DNA of 32,000 nucleotides from Candidatus Nanopusillus sp. (lineage in GTDB: Archaea; Nanobdellota; Nanobdellia; Nanobdellales; Nanobdellaceae). A program made the position numbers and the translations under genes. The first letter of the stretch is position 1. Every line of letters begins with the position of its first letter. Under the pieces are notes generated by a model, which saw only the letters and a program-made list of their open reading frames with translations, was not told where the DNA came from and did not search any database. Location of the stretch: NCBI GenBank assembly GCA_028275885.1, contig JAPWTW010000004.1, positions 30,001 to 62,000 on the forward strand. Reading direction: 5' to 3'. This document shows positions 1 through 8,870 of this stretch, piece by piece.

Positions 1-446
1 CTTAGATTATGTCTCTTTATATATATAAAATTTATTTGTTCACTTTTTGAACTCTTTATTTTTAGTTGTTTTATATAATTATAAAAGAATAATATTACAA
101 AAAAAGATATCATAACATATACAAATAGATTATATCTAAATATAAAGAATAATATTATTTCTAAAATAATTAATAGATAATAAAAAAAAGCATATGATTC
201 CTTTTTATAAAATAATATCTTTAATTCTGCAATAACATTATCTAAATAGATATATAAACCATAAAATGATGAAACTAAATTAAATATAAATAAAAATATA
301 AAGTATGAAATTATTGTATAAATTATTGAGAAAAATAAATTAGCCAATCCAATAAATAGATTATCCCAATGATTAAAAGATAAGAAAAAACCCACAATTA
401 TTAAATAGTATATTATTCTTCTATCTATTTTTATATATTCAAACAT
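1..446 (-). CDS. Hypothetical polytopic membrane protein, N-terminal fragment (ORF continues past the left window edge)
   Basis: Own reverse-strand translation from the ATG at 446-444: MFEYIKIDRRIIYYLIIVGFFLSFNHWDNLFIGLANLFFSIIYTIISYFIFLFIF... I checked every in-frame triplet down to position 3 and found no stop (148 codons), unlikely by chance in DNA this AT-rich. It is absent from the supplied ORF track, presumably because it is truncated. Several helix-length hydrophobic segments. Confidence 0.5.
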   Translation of the reverse strand, partial: MFEYIKIDRRIIYYLIIVGFFLSFNHWDNLFIGLANLFFSIIYTIISYFIFLFIFNLVSSFYGLYIYLDNVIAELKILFYKKESYAFFYYLLIILEIILFFIFRYNLFVYVMISFFVILFFYNYIKQLKIKSSKSEQINFIYIKRHNL

Positions 447-484
447 ATTTCATCTTTTTATTTTTAACTTTATAAAATATAATT

Positions 485-2347
485 ATGTCTGAAAATGCAA
501 TAATATCAATAAAAGACTTATATAATATATTCAAATTTAAGACTACAGAAGAAATAAATGTACCTGAAAAAATATCAGAACAAATTATTGGACAAGATAA
601 GGCTCTAGATATAATTAAAAAAGCTGCTAAACAGAGAAGACATGTTTTATTAATAGGAGATCCTGGTACTGGTAAGTCAATGTTAGCACAGGCATTAGCA
701 GAGATATTATCAGAAGATAAAGAACAAGTTAGAAATTTAGAAGACATATTGGTATTTCCAAATCCAAATGATGAATATCAACCAATAATAAGGACAGTTC
801 CAATGGGAACTGGAAAAAAAATTATAGAAGAAATGAGAAAAAGAGCATTAGAGCAAACAAAAATGTTTCAATATTTTTATATTTTATTATTATTTATATC
901 TGCATTTACTCCAATGTACTTTTATTATGTAGAAAATTATATAATGGCTGGTGCAACATTTATTGGATTTATGATTCTAATGGCAAGTTTATCTTTTTCT
1001 TTCCAAGTAATTCAAAAACAAATAATGAAAAACATACCAAAATTGTTAGTAGATAATTCAAATAGGACTTCTGTACCATTTGTAGATGCTACAGGAGCAT
1101 TTGAAGGTATGTTATTTGGTGATGTGTTACATGATCCATTTCAATCTGGTGGTCTTGAAACTCCACCGCATCAAAGAGTAATTGCAGGTGCAATACACAA
1201 GGCAAATAAGGGTGTATTGTTTATAGATGAAATTGGAACATTAAGACCTGAAGTTCAGATAGAACTATTATCTGTTTTACAAGAAAAGAAATATCCAATA
1301 TTTGGAAGATCTGAAAGATCTGCTGGTGCAATGGTAAGAACTACTCCAGCTCCTGCTGATTTTGTATTGGTAGCAGCAGGAAATTTGGAAACATTACAAA
1401 AGTTGCATCCAGCATTTAGATCAAGAATAAGAGGATATGGATATGAAGTATTTATGAATTCTGAAATATTATTTACTGAAGAAACTGCAAATAAATTTGC
1501 TCAATTTGTTGCACAAGAAGTTAAAAAGACAGGCAATATACCACATTTTACAAAAGAAGCTGTAATAGAAATTATTAAAGAAGCTCAAAGGAGATCTGGA
1601 AGAAAGAGTTATTTAACATTGAGATTAAGAGATTTAGGTGGGTTAGTAAGATTAGCTGGAGATATTGCAAAAGCAAAAGGAAAAAAATATGTTGAACCTG
1701 AAGATGTTATAGAAGCAAAGGAAAAGGCGTTAACAGTTGAAGAACAATTATCAAAATATTATATTGAAAGAAAGAAAGAATATCAGATAATAAAAACTGA
1801 AGGATATGAAGTTGGAAGGGTAAATGGATTAGCAGTAATTGGATCAAGATTATATTATTCAGGATTGGTATTACCAGTTGAGGCAGAAGTTGTGCCTGGA
1901 AAAGGTAGTAGGGAAATTATTGCTACAGGAAATTTGGGAAAAATTGCAAAAGAAGCAATAGTAAATGTATCTGCAGTAATAAAAAAGAAATTTGGAGAAG
2001 ATTTAAAGAAATATAAAATTCATGTTCAATTTTTACAAACATATGAAGGTGTAGAAGGAGATTCAGCTTCGATAACTGTTGCAACTGCAATAATATCTGC
2101 ATTAAAGAATTGGCCAGTAAGACAAGATTTAGCAATGACAGGTTCTTTATCAATAAGGGGAGAAGTATTACCTGTTGGTGGTATAATAGCAAAAGTAGAA
2201 GCTGCAATAGAATCTGAATTAAAAGAAGTTATAGTGCCGGAGAGTAATTATAATGATATACCTGAAGATTTATTTGATAAAATAAAAATAACACCTGTAA
2301 AAACAATAGATGAAGTTATAGAAATTGCGACTGGTAAAAATATTTAA
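485..2347 (+). CDS. lonB: Archaeal membrane-bound Lon protease (LonB type)
   Basis: Walker A GDPGTGKS and Walker [10 protein letters not shown] two-helix hydrophobic insertion ([21 protein letters not shown]...[17 protein letters not shown]) lies between them, as is typical of archaeal LonB. C-terminal Lon protease domain has the catalytic Ser motif GDSASIT and the Lys in [10 protein letters not shown]. Confidence 0.95.
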   Translation: MSENAIISIKDLYNIFKFKTTEEINVPEKISEQIIGQDKALDIIKKAAKQRRHVLLIGDPGTGKSMLAQALAEILSEDKEQVRNLEDILVFPNPNDEYQPIIRTVPMGTGKKIIEEMRKRALEQTKMFQYFYILLLFISAFTPMYFYYVENYIMAGATFIGFMILMASLSFSFQVIQKQIMKNIPKLLVDNSNRTSVPFVDATGAFEGMLFGDVLHDPFQSGGLETPPHQRVIAGAIHKANKGVLFIDEIGTLRPEVQIELLSVLQEKKYPIFGRSERSAGAMVRTTPAPADFVLVAAGNLETLQKLHPAFRSRIRGYGYEVFMNSEILFTEETANKFAQFVAQEVKKTGNIPHFTKEAVIEIIKEAQRRSGRKSYLTLRLRDLGGLVRLAGDIAKAKGKKYVEPEDVIEAKEKALTVEEQLSKYYIERKKEYQIIKTEGYEVGRVNGLAVIGSRLYYSGLVLPVEAEVVPGKGSREIIATGNLGKIAKEAIVNVSAVIKKKFGEDLKKYKIHVQFLQTYEGVEGDSASITVATAIISALKNWPVRQDLAMTGSLSIRGEVLPVGGIIAKVEAAIESELKEVIVPESNYNDIPEDLFDKIKITPVKTIDEVIEIATGKNI

Positions 2348-2371
2348 AAGCCTTTTTATAAATAAATCTTT

Positions 2372-5300
2372 ATGAAAAAGATATATTTATTATCTTTTCT
2401 TTTGTTTTCATTATATTCAATTTTTTCTCAAGGGTATAATATATTGCATTCAGAATATTTATATAAACCAGTAACATTTTTAAGTATGAATTTATCGAAT
2501 AATAATTTATCTGTAGGTCAAACATTATATTATAATGTTTATATAAATTATAGAGATATTTATTATATATCAAATGCATCATTGGTAATACAAATAATAC
2601 AAAAAAATGATAATAACAATATTTATCCATTCCAATTTACATCAAATAACCAAGTATATGAATATGTTATAAAAAATATATATTTACAACCAGGAGAATC
2701 TTTAAATATACCTTTAAATTATACAATTCCAGATAATTTGCCTTCCGGATATTATTATGTTGTTGCATATTTATATACACCTTTAAGTGAAATAAATGGT
2801 TTACCATTTATATATTATCCAGGAGTATATCAAGAATTCTATATATATAATCCAAATAATGTTCCAGAAATTTATATTACAAAAGATCATACATATTTAA
2901 GTTCTTCTGCTTTATATACATGGGGTAGTGTATTATCATCATCAGGATATTATTATTCTTCATTAAATGGACCCTCTGGATATGGTGTTTCAAATTATAT
3001 TAATTTAACAGTTGGTGTATATTCAAGTATAAATACAAATGCTACATTAAATATTTTAATATCTCCATGGGATGATATTTTATATAATTCAATATATAAT
3101 TATGCTGAAAATGTACAATTAAATGAGGGATATAATATAATAAATATTCCATATATAAATGTTGCGACATTAAATCCAAATGCTTATTCATTAAAAATAA
3201 GTTTATTATATAATAATCAGACAGAATCAATATATAGATTAAGATTTATTGTTTTAGGTCCAACAACAAGATTGAATGGTGTTTATTTACAAGGTAATGG
3301 AAATTTAACATTTATAGTATCTCCATCTCCAGATCATTATACATATCCAATTACTCCAAATGTGGTAGCAGAAGTTTATTCAAATACATTAGGATTTAAA
3401 TATGATATACAATTGGGAAATATAAGTTGGAATAGTACACAATTTACTTATGTAAATTTGCAATTACCATTAAATTCTACTAAATTTGATCTATGTATAA
3501 ACCTATATTCAAATAATAATTTGGATTATGCATATTGTACATATTATATTATAAATCAATCAAATACTTATGGAATTCCATTAAGTAGTTTAATTTATGT
3601 AAATTATACAAATAATTATTTCTATATATGTTCAAATATTTCTGGAATATTAAATATAGGATATAATTCTGAATCAAACATAATATATACTGCAAGTATA
3701 AATAACAATTGCGTAAACTATACATTAGGTAGTGGAGTTTATTATATTTCCTTCTATTCACCTCAATATTCAAATCAATGGGTAATAGATAACACAGTAA
3801 TGTATATTCCATATAATATAAGTATAAACCAAACTCAACCAATAAATAATGTACAAAACAATTATAATTATCCAAATTATTATTTAATAATATTAATAAT
3901 TTTTGCTGCAATAATATTATTTATGTTATTGAGAAGAAAAAAATTATTTATCTTTGCATTAGTTTTATTACCACTTTTATTTAATATACATTCTCAGGAA
4001 CTATATCTAAGTTCTAGCCAAATATGTACACCTTTAGATTCATTAAATATAACAACGCAAGGATTTAATGGATCTGTAACAGTTTCTTATAAGTTTTATA
4101 ATTCATCAAATATTTCACAAATTTTCGCAAGTGGTAATTATAGTTATTTAGGAAATAATATATCTATTTATAATTATACAGTATACTTTAATAATTTACC
4201 ATTAAATTTGTCAAATAATATAAATTCTACAATAATAGATTATAATATAACCGTTCAGAATTGTACATTAATTGGTAAAAATCTCCCATTGTTATCTTGT
4301 GATCAATATAATTATAATGGATCAATATATTTAAATTATCCATATTATTTTAAATATTATGCAAATCCAGTATATCAAGGATCAAATAATGCAGGACAAA
4401 TAATTCCAGGTTGTCCATCTTCAAATAATTTATTAAATAATACATACTTTAATTTTACTTTAGTTTTACCAAATGGAGCAAGTGTAGTTACTAGAACAAA
4501 TTGTCCTGGATCTGGAGATCCAGATTGGGGTCAGAACTTATGTGATCTAAATATAAGTAGTTATGATATCAACGCAGGAAACTATACATCTTATGGAGAA
4601 TATTATTATTATAATATTTCATTTAATCAATCATTTATTGACAATCCATTACAAGTATTAGTAGCTAATTCTGGAGAATTTACTACCCAATCATGTTCTC
4701 ATGCATGGACGATAACTAGTGTTAGTTCAAATCCTTTATCTATAAATTTCTTATATTATGGACCATATTCAGGAACATATTATACATATTATAATGGAAT
4801 ATATGTTTTAGCACAAAATACTTCTGTAAGATTTAATGTAGGTAGTGGATATAATATTTTGTGCAGTGATGGTGTCACAAGTACTTCTATACCTTCTGTT
4901 GCTGCTTGGTTATATAGTTCAAATCAATATTATAATCCAAGCTCTTTCCAGTATTTACAGGGTATATCAAATTTACCATTCAATTTCACACAATACGGTA
5001 TAAGTAGAAATATTGTTTATAATATATATCCAAATAAAGGATTATTAATATCAAAAAATTTCCCATCTGGAGATTCTTACTTTACTTTATATAATTTTAG
5101 TGTAAATAATGCTGGTTATTATGTAATATATCAGGATTATATAAAAACAATATGTGATACTCCAGCAAATTATATATGTGATGCAAATGGAAATTTGTGT
5201 AATATTAGTTATATAGTAGGACAGGCACAAGGATGGTTACCAATATCTCCAGAACCAGGATATTATTTATTAGTAATAAATCCAAATGCTACTGTACATT

Positions 5301-6640
5301 TACAAAATTTAACATACTATCCATATATATATAATGTAAATCCGGGTGTCGCAATTTATATCGGTAATATATCTAATGTTGGAATTGGGAATCTTACAAT
5401 AATTATAAACCAAACACTTCCAGTTAAATCAATGAGCTTCTTATTACAACAGCAACAAAATTCACCACTATATATTTATTTCCCAACAAATTTATGTCCA
5501 CATTATGATTGTACAATAAATTATAGTGTAACATATCAAAATGCATATGGACTGACAGTTTATCCTTCTGTAACATATTATGGATATGTAGATATCAAAT
5601 GGGATACATTAAATATATATACTAATCCATCATTAACACAAATAACATATGGACAACCCTCATATATAACATTAGCAGTACAAAATACTGGGCCAGTACC
5701 TGCCGAGAATATATCTGTGCAAAATATATACTATAATTCAAATTGTATACAAGTATTAAATACTGGAGGTCAAATAAATTCATTGAATACAGGCGAAACT
5801 GGTTATTTAAATATAGAAATTAATATAATAAATCTATATTGTTCTCCACAAGATTATAATATAACATTTACAATTTATGGATGGAATACATATATATATA
5901 ATTATTCAATAATATTGCCAATAAGTTATATAATCTCTCCACCAAATGGGGCACAATTACAATCAATAACAACATTTAATATAGTAGATAATAATGCACA
6001 AACATGTTATATAATATTTAATGGAGCTCAATTCCCTAGAAATTGTAATTCAAATTTTGTGTATCAACAATATATGTGTGCAGGATCATTATGTAATACC
6101 CAAATTCAATCAATAAATAATTATGCAGAATTCTATGAAAATTATGTGTATTATAATTATTTAACGAATCAATCATCAATAATAGGAATAGCAGTTGTAT
6201 CAAATGTAATAAGTTTATATGTTGGACAAGAATATAAATATCCAGTCTTGATAAAAAATTTAGTACCAACAAATATTCAATGTTCTCTAGTACCAATTCC
6301 ATCAACTATAAATGATAAAGCAATTGTTACTAATTATAGTATAAATGGAATAAATAGTAATGAATTTACTATAAGTCCTTATGGATCTGCAGAATTGGAT
6401 ATAAATATTCTAGGAGCTTCTAGTGGTATAAGTAGTTTATTATATGGTGTAATATGTAATTCTACATATGGTTCTTCATCATTTAGTACCCAAGTTCCAA
6501 TATATGTATTTGGACCAAATAATTTAATAGCAAACTATACCAAATCTCAAATAATAGTATCTGAAAGAATATCTCCAACAGATTTAATTGGAATTGGAGG
6601 TTTAATAATAGTATTACTTGCTTTATTTAATATAATCTAA
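2372..6640 (+). CDS. Giant bipartite surface protein (S-layer/adhesin-like), two ectodomains joined by a TM hairpin
   Basis: 1422-codon ORF. N-terminal signal peptide MKKIYLLSFLLFSLYSIFSQG. Internal TM + RRKK + second signal-peptide-like segment near aa 503-540. C-terminal TM anchor LIGIGGLIIVLLALFNII. Dozens of N-x-S/T sequons. Segments resembling beta-sandwich adhesion (CARDB-like) domains, e.g. ITLAVQNTGPVPAENISVQN. No enzyme motifs seen. Confidence 0.8.
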   Translation: MKKIYLLSFLLFSLYSIFSQGYNILHSEYLYKPVTFLSMNLSNNNLSVGQTLYYNVYINYRDIYYISNASLVIQIIQKNDNNNIYPFQFTSNNQVYEYVIKNIYLQPGESLNIPLNYTIPDNLPSGYYYVVAYLYTPLSEINGLPFIYYPGVYQEFYIYNPNNVPEIYITKDHTYLSSSALYTWGSVLSSSGYYYSSLNGPSGYGVSNYINLTVGVYSSINTNATLNILISPWDDILYNSIYNYAENVQLNEGYNIINIPYINVATLNPNAYSLKISLLYNNQTESIYRLRFIVLGPTTRLNGVYLQGNGNLTFIVSPSPDHYTYPITPNVVAEVYSNTLGFKYDIQLGNISWNSTQFTYVNLQLPLNSTKFDLCINLYSNNNLDYAYCTYYIINQSNTYGIPLSSLIYVNYTNNYFYICSNISGILNIGYNSESNIIYTASINNNCVNYTLGSGVYYISFYSPQYSNQWVIDNTVMYIPYNISINQTQPINNVQNNYNYPNYYLIILIIFAAIILFMLLRRKKLFIFALVLLPLLFNIHSQELYLSSSQICTPLDSLNITTQGFNGSVTVSYKFYNSSNISQIFASGNYSYLGNNISIYNYTVYFNNLPLNLSNNINSTIIDYNITVQNCTLIGKNLPLLSCDQYNYNGSIYLNYPYYFKYYANPVYQGSNNAGQIIPGCPSSNNLLNNTYFNFTLVLPNGASVVTRTNCPGSGDPDWGQNLCDLNISSYDINAGNYTSYGEYYYYNISFNQSFIDNPLQVLVANSGEFTTQSCSHAWTITSVSSNPLSINFLYYGPYSGTYYTYYNGIYVLAQNTSVRFNVGSGYNILCSDGVTSTSIPSVAAWLYSSNQYYNPSSFQYLQGISNLPFNFTQYGISRNIVYNIYPNKGLLISKNFPSGDSYFTLYNFSVNNAGYYVIYQDYIKTICDTPANYICDANGNLCNISYIVGQAQGWLPISPEPGYYLLVINPNATVHLQNLTYYPYIYNVNPGVAIYIGNISNVGIGNLTIIINQTLPVKSMSFLLQQQQNSPLYIYFPTNLCPHYDCTINYSVTYQNAYGLTVYPSVTYYGYVDIKWDTLNIYTNPSLTQITYGQPSYITLAVQNTGPVPAENISVQNIYYNSNCIQVLNTGGQINSLNTGETGYLNIEINIINLYCSPQDYNITFTIYGWNTYIYNYSIILPISYIISPPNGAQLQSITTFNIVDNNAQTCYIIFNGAQFPRNCNSNFVYQQYMCAGSLCNTQIQSINNYAEFYENYVYYNYLTNQSSIIGIAVVSNVISLYVGQEYKYPVLIKNLVPTNIQCSLVPIPSTINDKAIVTNYSINGINSNEFTISPYGSAELDINILGASSGISSLLYGVICNSTYGSSSFSTQVPIYVFGPNNLIANYTKSQIIVSERISPTDLIGIGGLIIVLLALFNII

Positions 6641-6947
6641 TTTTTTTAATTCTTTTTCTTATTTCTAATATTGCATCATGAATTGCAACACCTAAAAATA
6701 ATGTTGTTAATATATATAATTCATATAAATATGTAATCATTCCAATTATTGCTGATATTACTCCAAATATTGATAAATATATATGGTGAATTTTTGCTCT
6801 ATATTTTTTTGTCCTTGTTTTAATTTCAATAAAGAATTCTGGTGAAAATTTTCTAATTATATAATCTGCTGAGAAATATCCTATTATAAATGATAAACTA
6901 TAGGTCATTATTATAATATTATTCATTTTTATAATATTGTTATTCAT
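6627..6947 (-). CDS. Small hypothetical membrane protein (about 3 TM helices)
   Basis: 106-codon ORF with hydrophobic segments (YSLSFIIGYF, IYLSIFGVISAIIGMITYLY, ILTTLFLGVAI). It fills the gap between flanking genes. The start could be one of the downstream Met codons. No recognised family. Confidence 0.5.
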   Translation of the reverse strand: MNNNIIKMNNIIIMTYSLSFIIGYFSADYIIRKFSPEFFIEIKTRTKKYRAKIHHIYLSIFGVISAIIGMITYLYELYILTTLFLGVAIHDAILEIRKRIKKIRLY

Positions 6948-6949
6948 TA

Positions 6950-6962
6950 TTTTAAAAAATAT
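6950..6962 (+). promoter_or_regulatory. Putative TATA/BRE element for a leaderless rps24e-rps27ae transcript
   Basis: TTTTAAAAAATAT is centred about 26 nt upstream of the rps24e ATG (6981), the spacing expected for an archaeal TATA box with transcription starting at or near the start codon. Caveat: TATA-like strings are common in this composition. Confidence 0.3.
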
Positions 6963-6980
6963 ATCATATAAATTATTTAC

Positions 6981-7265
6981 ATGGATCTAAAGATAATAAG
7001 TAGGGAAAATAATCAATTATTAAATAGGGAAGAAATTATTGTTTTAATAGATCATAAAAATGAACCAACACCAAAGAGAGATGATATAAGGGAAAAAATT
7101 TCAGCAATGATTGGAAAAGACAAAAATTTAATTGTAGTAGAAAAAATATTGACAGAATTTGGGAAACAAAGATCAAAAGCATTTATAAATGTATATCAGA
7201 ATGAAGAAGATATGAAAAAATTAGAGCCAAAACATATATTAAAGAGAAATAAAATTATACAATGA
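6981..7265 (+). CDS. rps24e: 30S ribosomal protein S24e (eS24)
   Basis: Length and pattern match archaeal eS24: NQLLNREEI...HKNEPTPKRDDIREKISAMIG...VVEKILTEFGKQRSKAFINVY...LEPKHILKRN. It lies immediately upstream of rps27ae, as in many archaea. Confidence 0.9.
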   Translation: MDLKIISRENNQLLNREEIIVLIDHKNEPTPKRDDIREKISAMIGKDKNLIVVEKILTEFGKQRSKAFINVYQNEEDMKKLEPKHILKRNKIIQ

Positions 7266-7465
7266 GTGAAAAGAAGGATTTGAAAATATTAAAATTATAT
7301 AAGGTTGAAGATAATAAAGTAATTAGATTAAAAAAAGTATGCCCAAAATGTGGAAGATTTATGGCAGAACACAAAGATAGATATCATTGTGGATATTGTG
7401 GATATGTAGAATTTAAGCAAAATATAGAAAAGAAATATATAAAAGAAATTGGAATACAAATATAA
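7262..7465 (+). CDS. rps27ae: 30S ribosomal protein S27ae (eS31), zinc ribbon
   Basis: CPKCG-x-FMAEHKDRYHCGYCGY zinc-ribbon signature of archaeal S27ae. 4-nt overlap with the rps24e stop. Confidence 0.9.
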   Translation: MSEKKDLKILKLYKVEDNKVIRLKKVCPKCGRFMAEHKDRYHCGYCGYVEFKQNIEKKYIKEIGIQI

Positions 7466-7781
7466 AATAAAATATTTTGGTCCTATTAGATCTTTTATTG
7501 GTTTAATGTTTCAATTACCAAAAAAGGATACAATATATATTTTAGATCTAAAAAAAGATGTTGAAGATGGTTTTGTTCATACATTTTTTTGTTTAAAACC
7601 ATTAGATATTTATCTATATAATTCAAACTTTGAATTGGTTCAATATTATAAAAAATTAAAACCATTTAAAATTTTGGTTCCAAAGAAAAAGTTTAGATAT
7701 ATAATTGAAGGTTTGGATATAAATGAAGATATGTTAAAATATTCAATAGAATATCTAAAATCTTTGCAAATTATTAGTTAA
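7449..7781 (+). CDS. Hypothetical protein, DUF192-like
   Basis: Pattern resembles DUF192/COG1430: SFIGLMF...VHTFFCLKPLDIYLYNSNFELV...LKPFK...RYIIEG. Recognised by eye only. Confidence 0.5.
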   Translation: MEYKYKIKYFGPIRSFIGLMFQLPKKDTIYILDLKKDVEDGFVHTFFCLKPLDIYLYNSNFELVQYYKKLKPFKILVPKKKFRYIIEGLDINEDMLKYSIEYLKSLQIIS

Positions 7782-8141
7782 TATTTCTATTTCTACAAAT
7801 AATTTATCAATCATACTTCTTACTTCTTTTATTCCATTATTTATTTGTCCAAGAATTTCTGTTTTTATATTTGGTGTTATATATGGATTTCCACTTATTT
7901 CTTTATAATATAGTTCTATATAATCTTTTATACTTTCTAAAATGCTTATTAATAATTTCATTGAATTTATTAAATTATTAATTTCTTGCACTTGATAACT
8001 ATATAAATAGTAATAATTTTCATTAATATTTTTTTCATATTCATTTAAACTTTGTAATTGTAAAATATTATTATTTATTTGTGATAATAAATTTTTTATT
8101 CGAGTCAATAATTGGTTTTCTAAATCTTGAATATTACCCAT
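7755..8141 (-). CDS. Hypothetical coiled-coil protein
   Basis: 128-codon ORF rich in heptad-like L/I/N/E/Q repeats (LENQLLTRIKNLLSQINNNILQLQSL...). No TM segment or catalytic motif. Its 3' end overlaps the 3' end of the convergent 7449-7781 ORF by 27 nt. Confidence 0.5.
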   Translation of the reverse strand: MGNIQDLENQLLTRIKNLLSQINNNILQLQSLNEYEKNINENYYYLYSYQVQEINNLINSMKLLISILESIKDYIELYYKEISGNPYITPNIKTEILGQINNGIKEVRSMIDKLFVEIEILTNNLQRF

Positions 8142-8175
8142 AGATAATTAATATTTTAACTATTTTATATTTTTT

Positions 8176-8226
8176 TCAGGTAGGAGGTGTATTCATCATT
8201 TATTCAGTCGCGCGCAACATCATCAT
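8176..8226 (-). ncRNA. C/D box sRNA (2'-O-methylation guide)
   Basis: The minus strand reads AUGAUGA(C)-UGUUGCGCGCGA(12 nt)-CUGA(D')-AUAA-AUGAUGA(C')-AUACACCUCCUAC(13 nt)-CUGA(D), 51 nt in total. This is the canonical archaeal box order and spacing. It is the only conspicuously GC-rich patch in an intergenic position in the window. Confidence 0.75.
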
Positions 8227-8837
8227 ATATACTTTAATATTCCTTCCTTCTTATCTTTATTTAATATTTCTTTTATTGTTTTAAAATCTTGATCAAAATA
8301 TTCTCTCCATTCTTTATGATATAATGTAGATGCAGGATGTAATGTGGGTATTATTATGATATTTTTCCCCCATTTATTTACCTTAAATATTTTTCCTCTT
8401 AATTTTGTTATTGAAGTGAATTTTAATTTAAAATAATCAAAAATCCATTTTGTTGAATAATGACCTAAAGTTACTATTATATCTGGTTGAATTATTTCTA
8501 ATTGTTTTTCTAACCAAAAAGAACATGCTTTTATTTCTTCCTCTTCTGGTTCTCTATTTTCTGGAGGTCTACATTTAACAACATTAGTTATATATACATC
8601 TTTTCTATCTATATTTAATATATTTTTTATATTTTCAGTTAATACTTGTCCAGCTTTTCCTACAAAAGGTTTTCCTTGTTTATCTTCTTCTCTACCAGGT
8701 GCTTCTCCTATAAATAATATTTTTGAATTTGGATCACCATCTCCAGGAACATAATTTGTTTTATATTTATATAAAGGGCATCTAGTACATTTTAATATTT
8801 GATTATTTAATTCTTCAATCATCTTTCTTTTATCCAT
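8223..8837 (-). CDS. udg: Uracil-DNA glycosylase, family 4 (4Fe-4S type)
   Basis: Motif A GEAPGREED, motif B TLHPAS, and four Cys in the family-4 Fe-S pattern (CTRCPL, VVKCRPP, IKACSFW). Confidence 0.9.
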   Translation of the reverse strand: MDKRKMIEELNNQILKCTRCPLYKYKTNYVPGDGDPNSKILFIGEAPGREEDKQGKPFVGKAGQVLTENIKNILNIDRKDVYITNVVKCRPPENREPEEEEIKACSFWLEKQLEIIQPDIIVTLGHYSTKWIFDYFKLKFTSITKLRGKIFKVNKWGKNIIIIPTLHPASTLYHKEWREYFDQDFKTIKEILNKDKKEGILKYI

Positions 8838-8870
8838 TAAAAATATAAGTATGATAATTATTTTAGTTTA

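Noticed and set aside
468-475. TTTATAAA just upstream of the lonB ATG as its TATA box
   Set aside because: It lies only about 10-17 nt from the ATG at 485, too close for the usual -26 spacing. The 38-nt divergent spacer is ambiguous, so no promoter call was made.
439-747. 102-aa minus-strand ORF overlapping the lonB 5' region
   Set aside because: It is antisense to the strongly supported lonB (its Walker A region) and has no recognisable motif. A different minus-strand frame (446 down to 1) gives the more plausible upstream membrane ORF.
1923-6305. Track ORFs 1923-2207, 2370-2630, 3042-3230, 3549-3911 and 6036-6305 (all minus strand)
   Set aside because: All lie antisense within lonB or the 1422-aa ORF, are L/I/Y/N-rich low-complexity translations, and are typical shadow ORFs of long genes.
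8176-8226. GC-rich patch considered as a (split) tRNA half, since nanoarchaea can encode tRNA halves
   Set aside because: No acceptor, T-arm or anticodon-arm pairing could be drawn. The sequence is fully explained by C/D box architecture.
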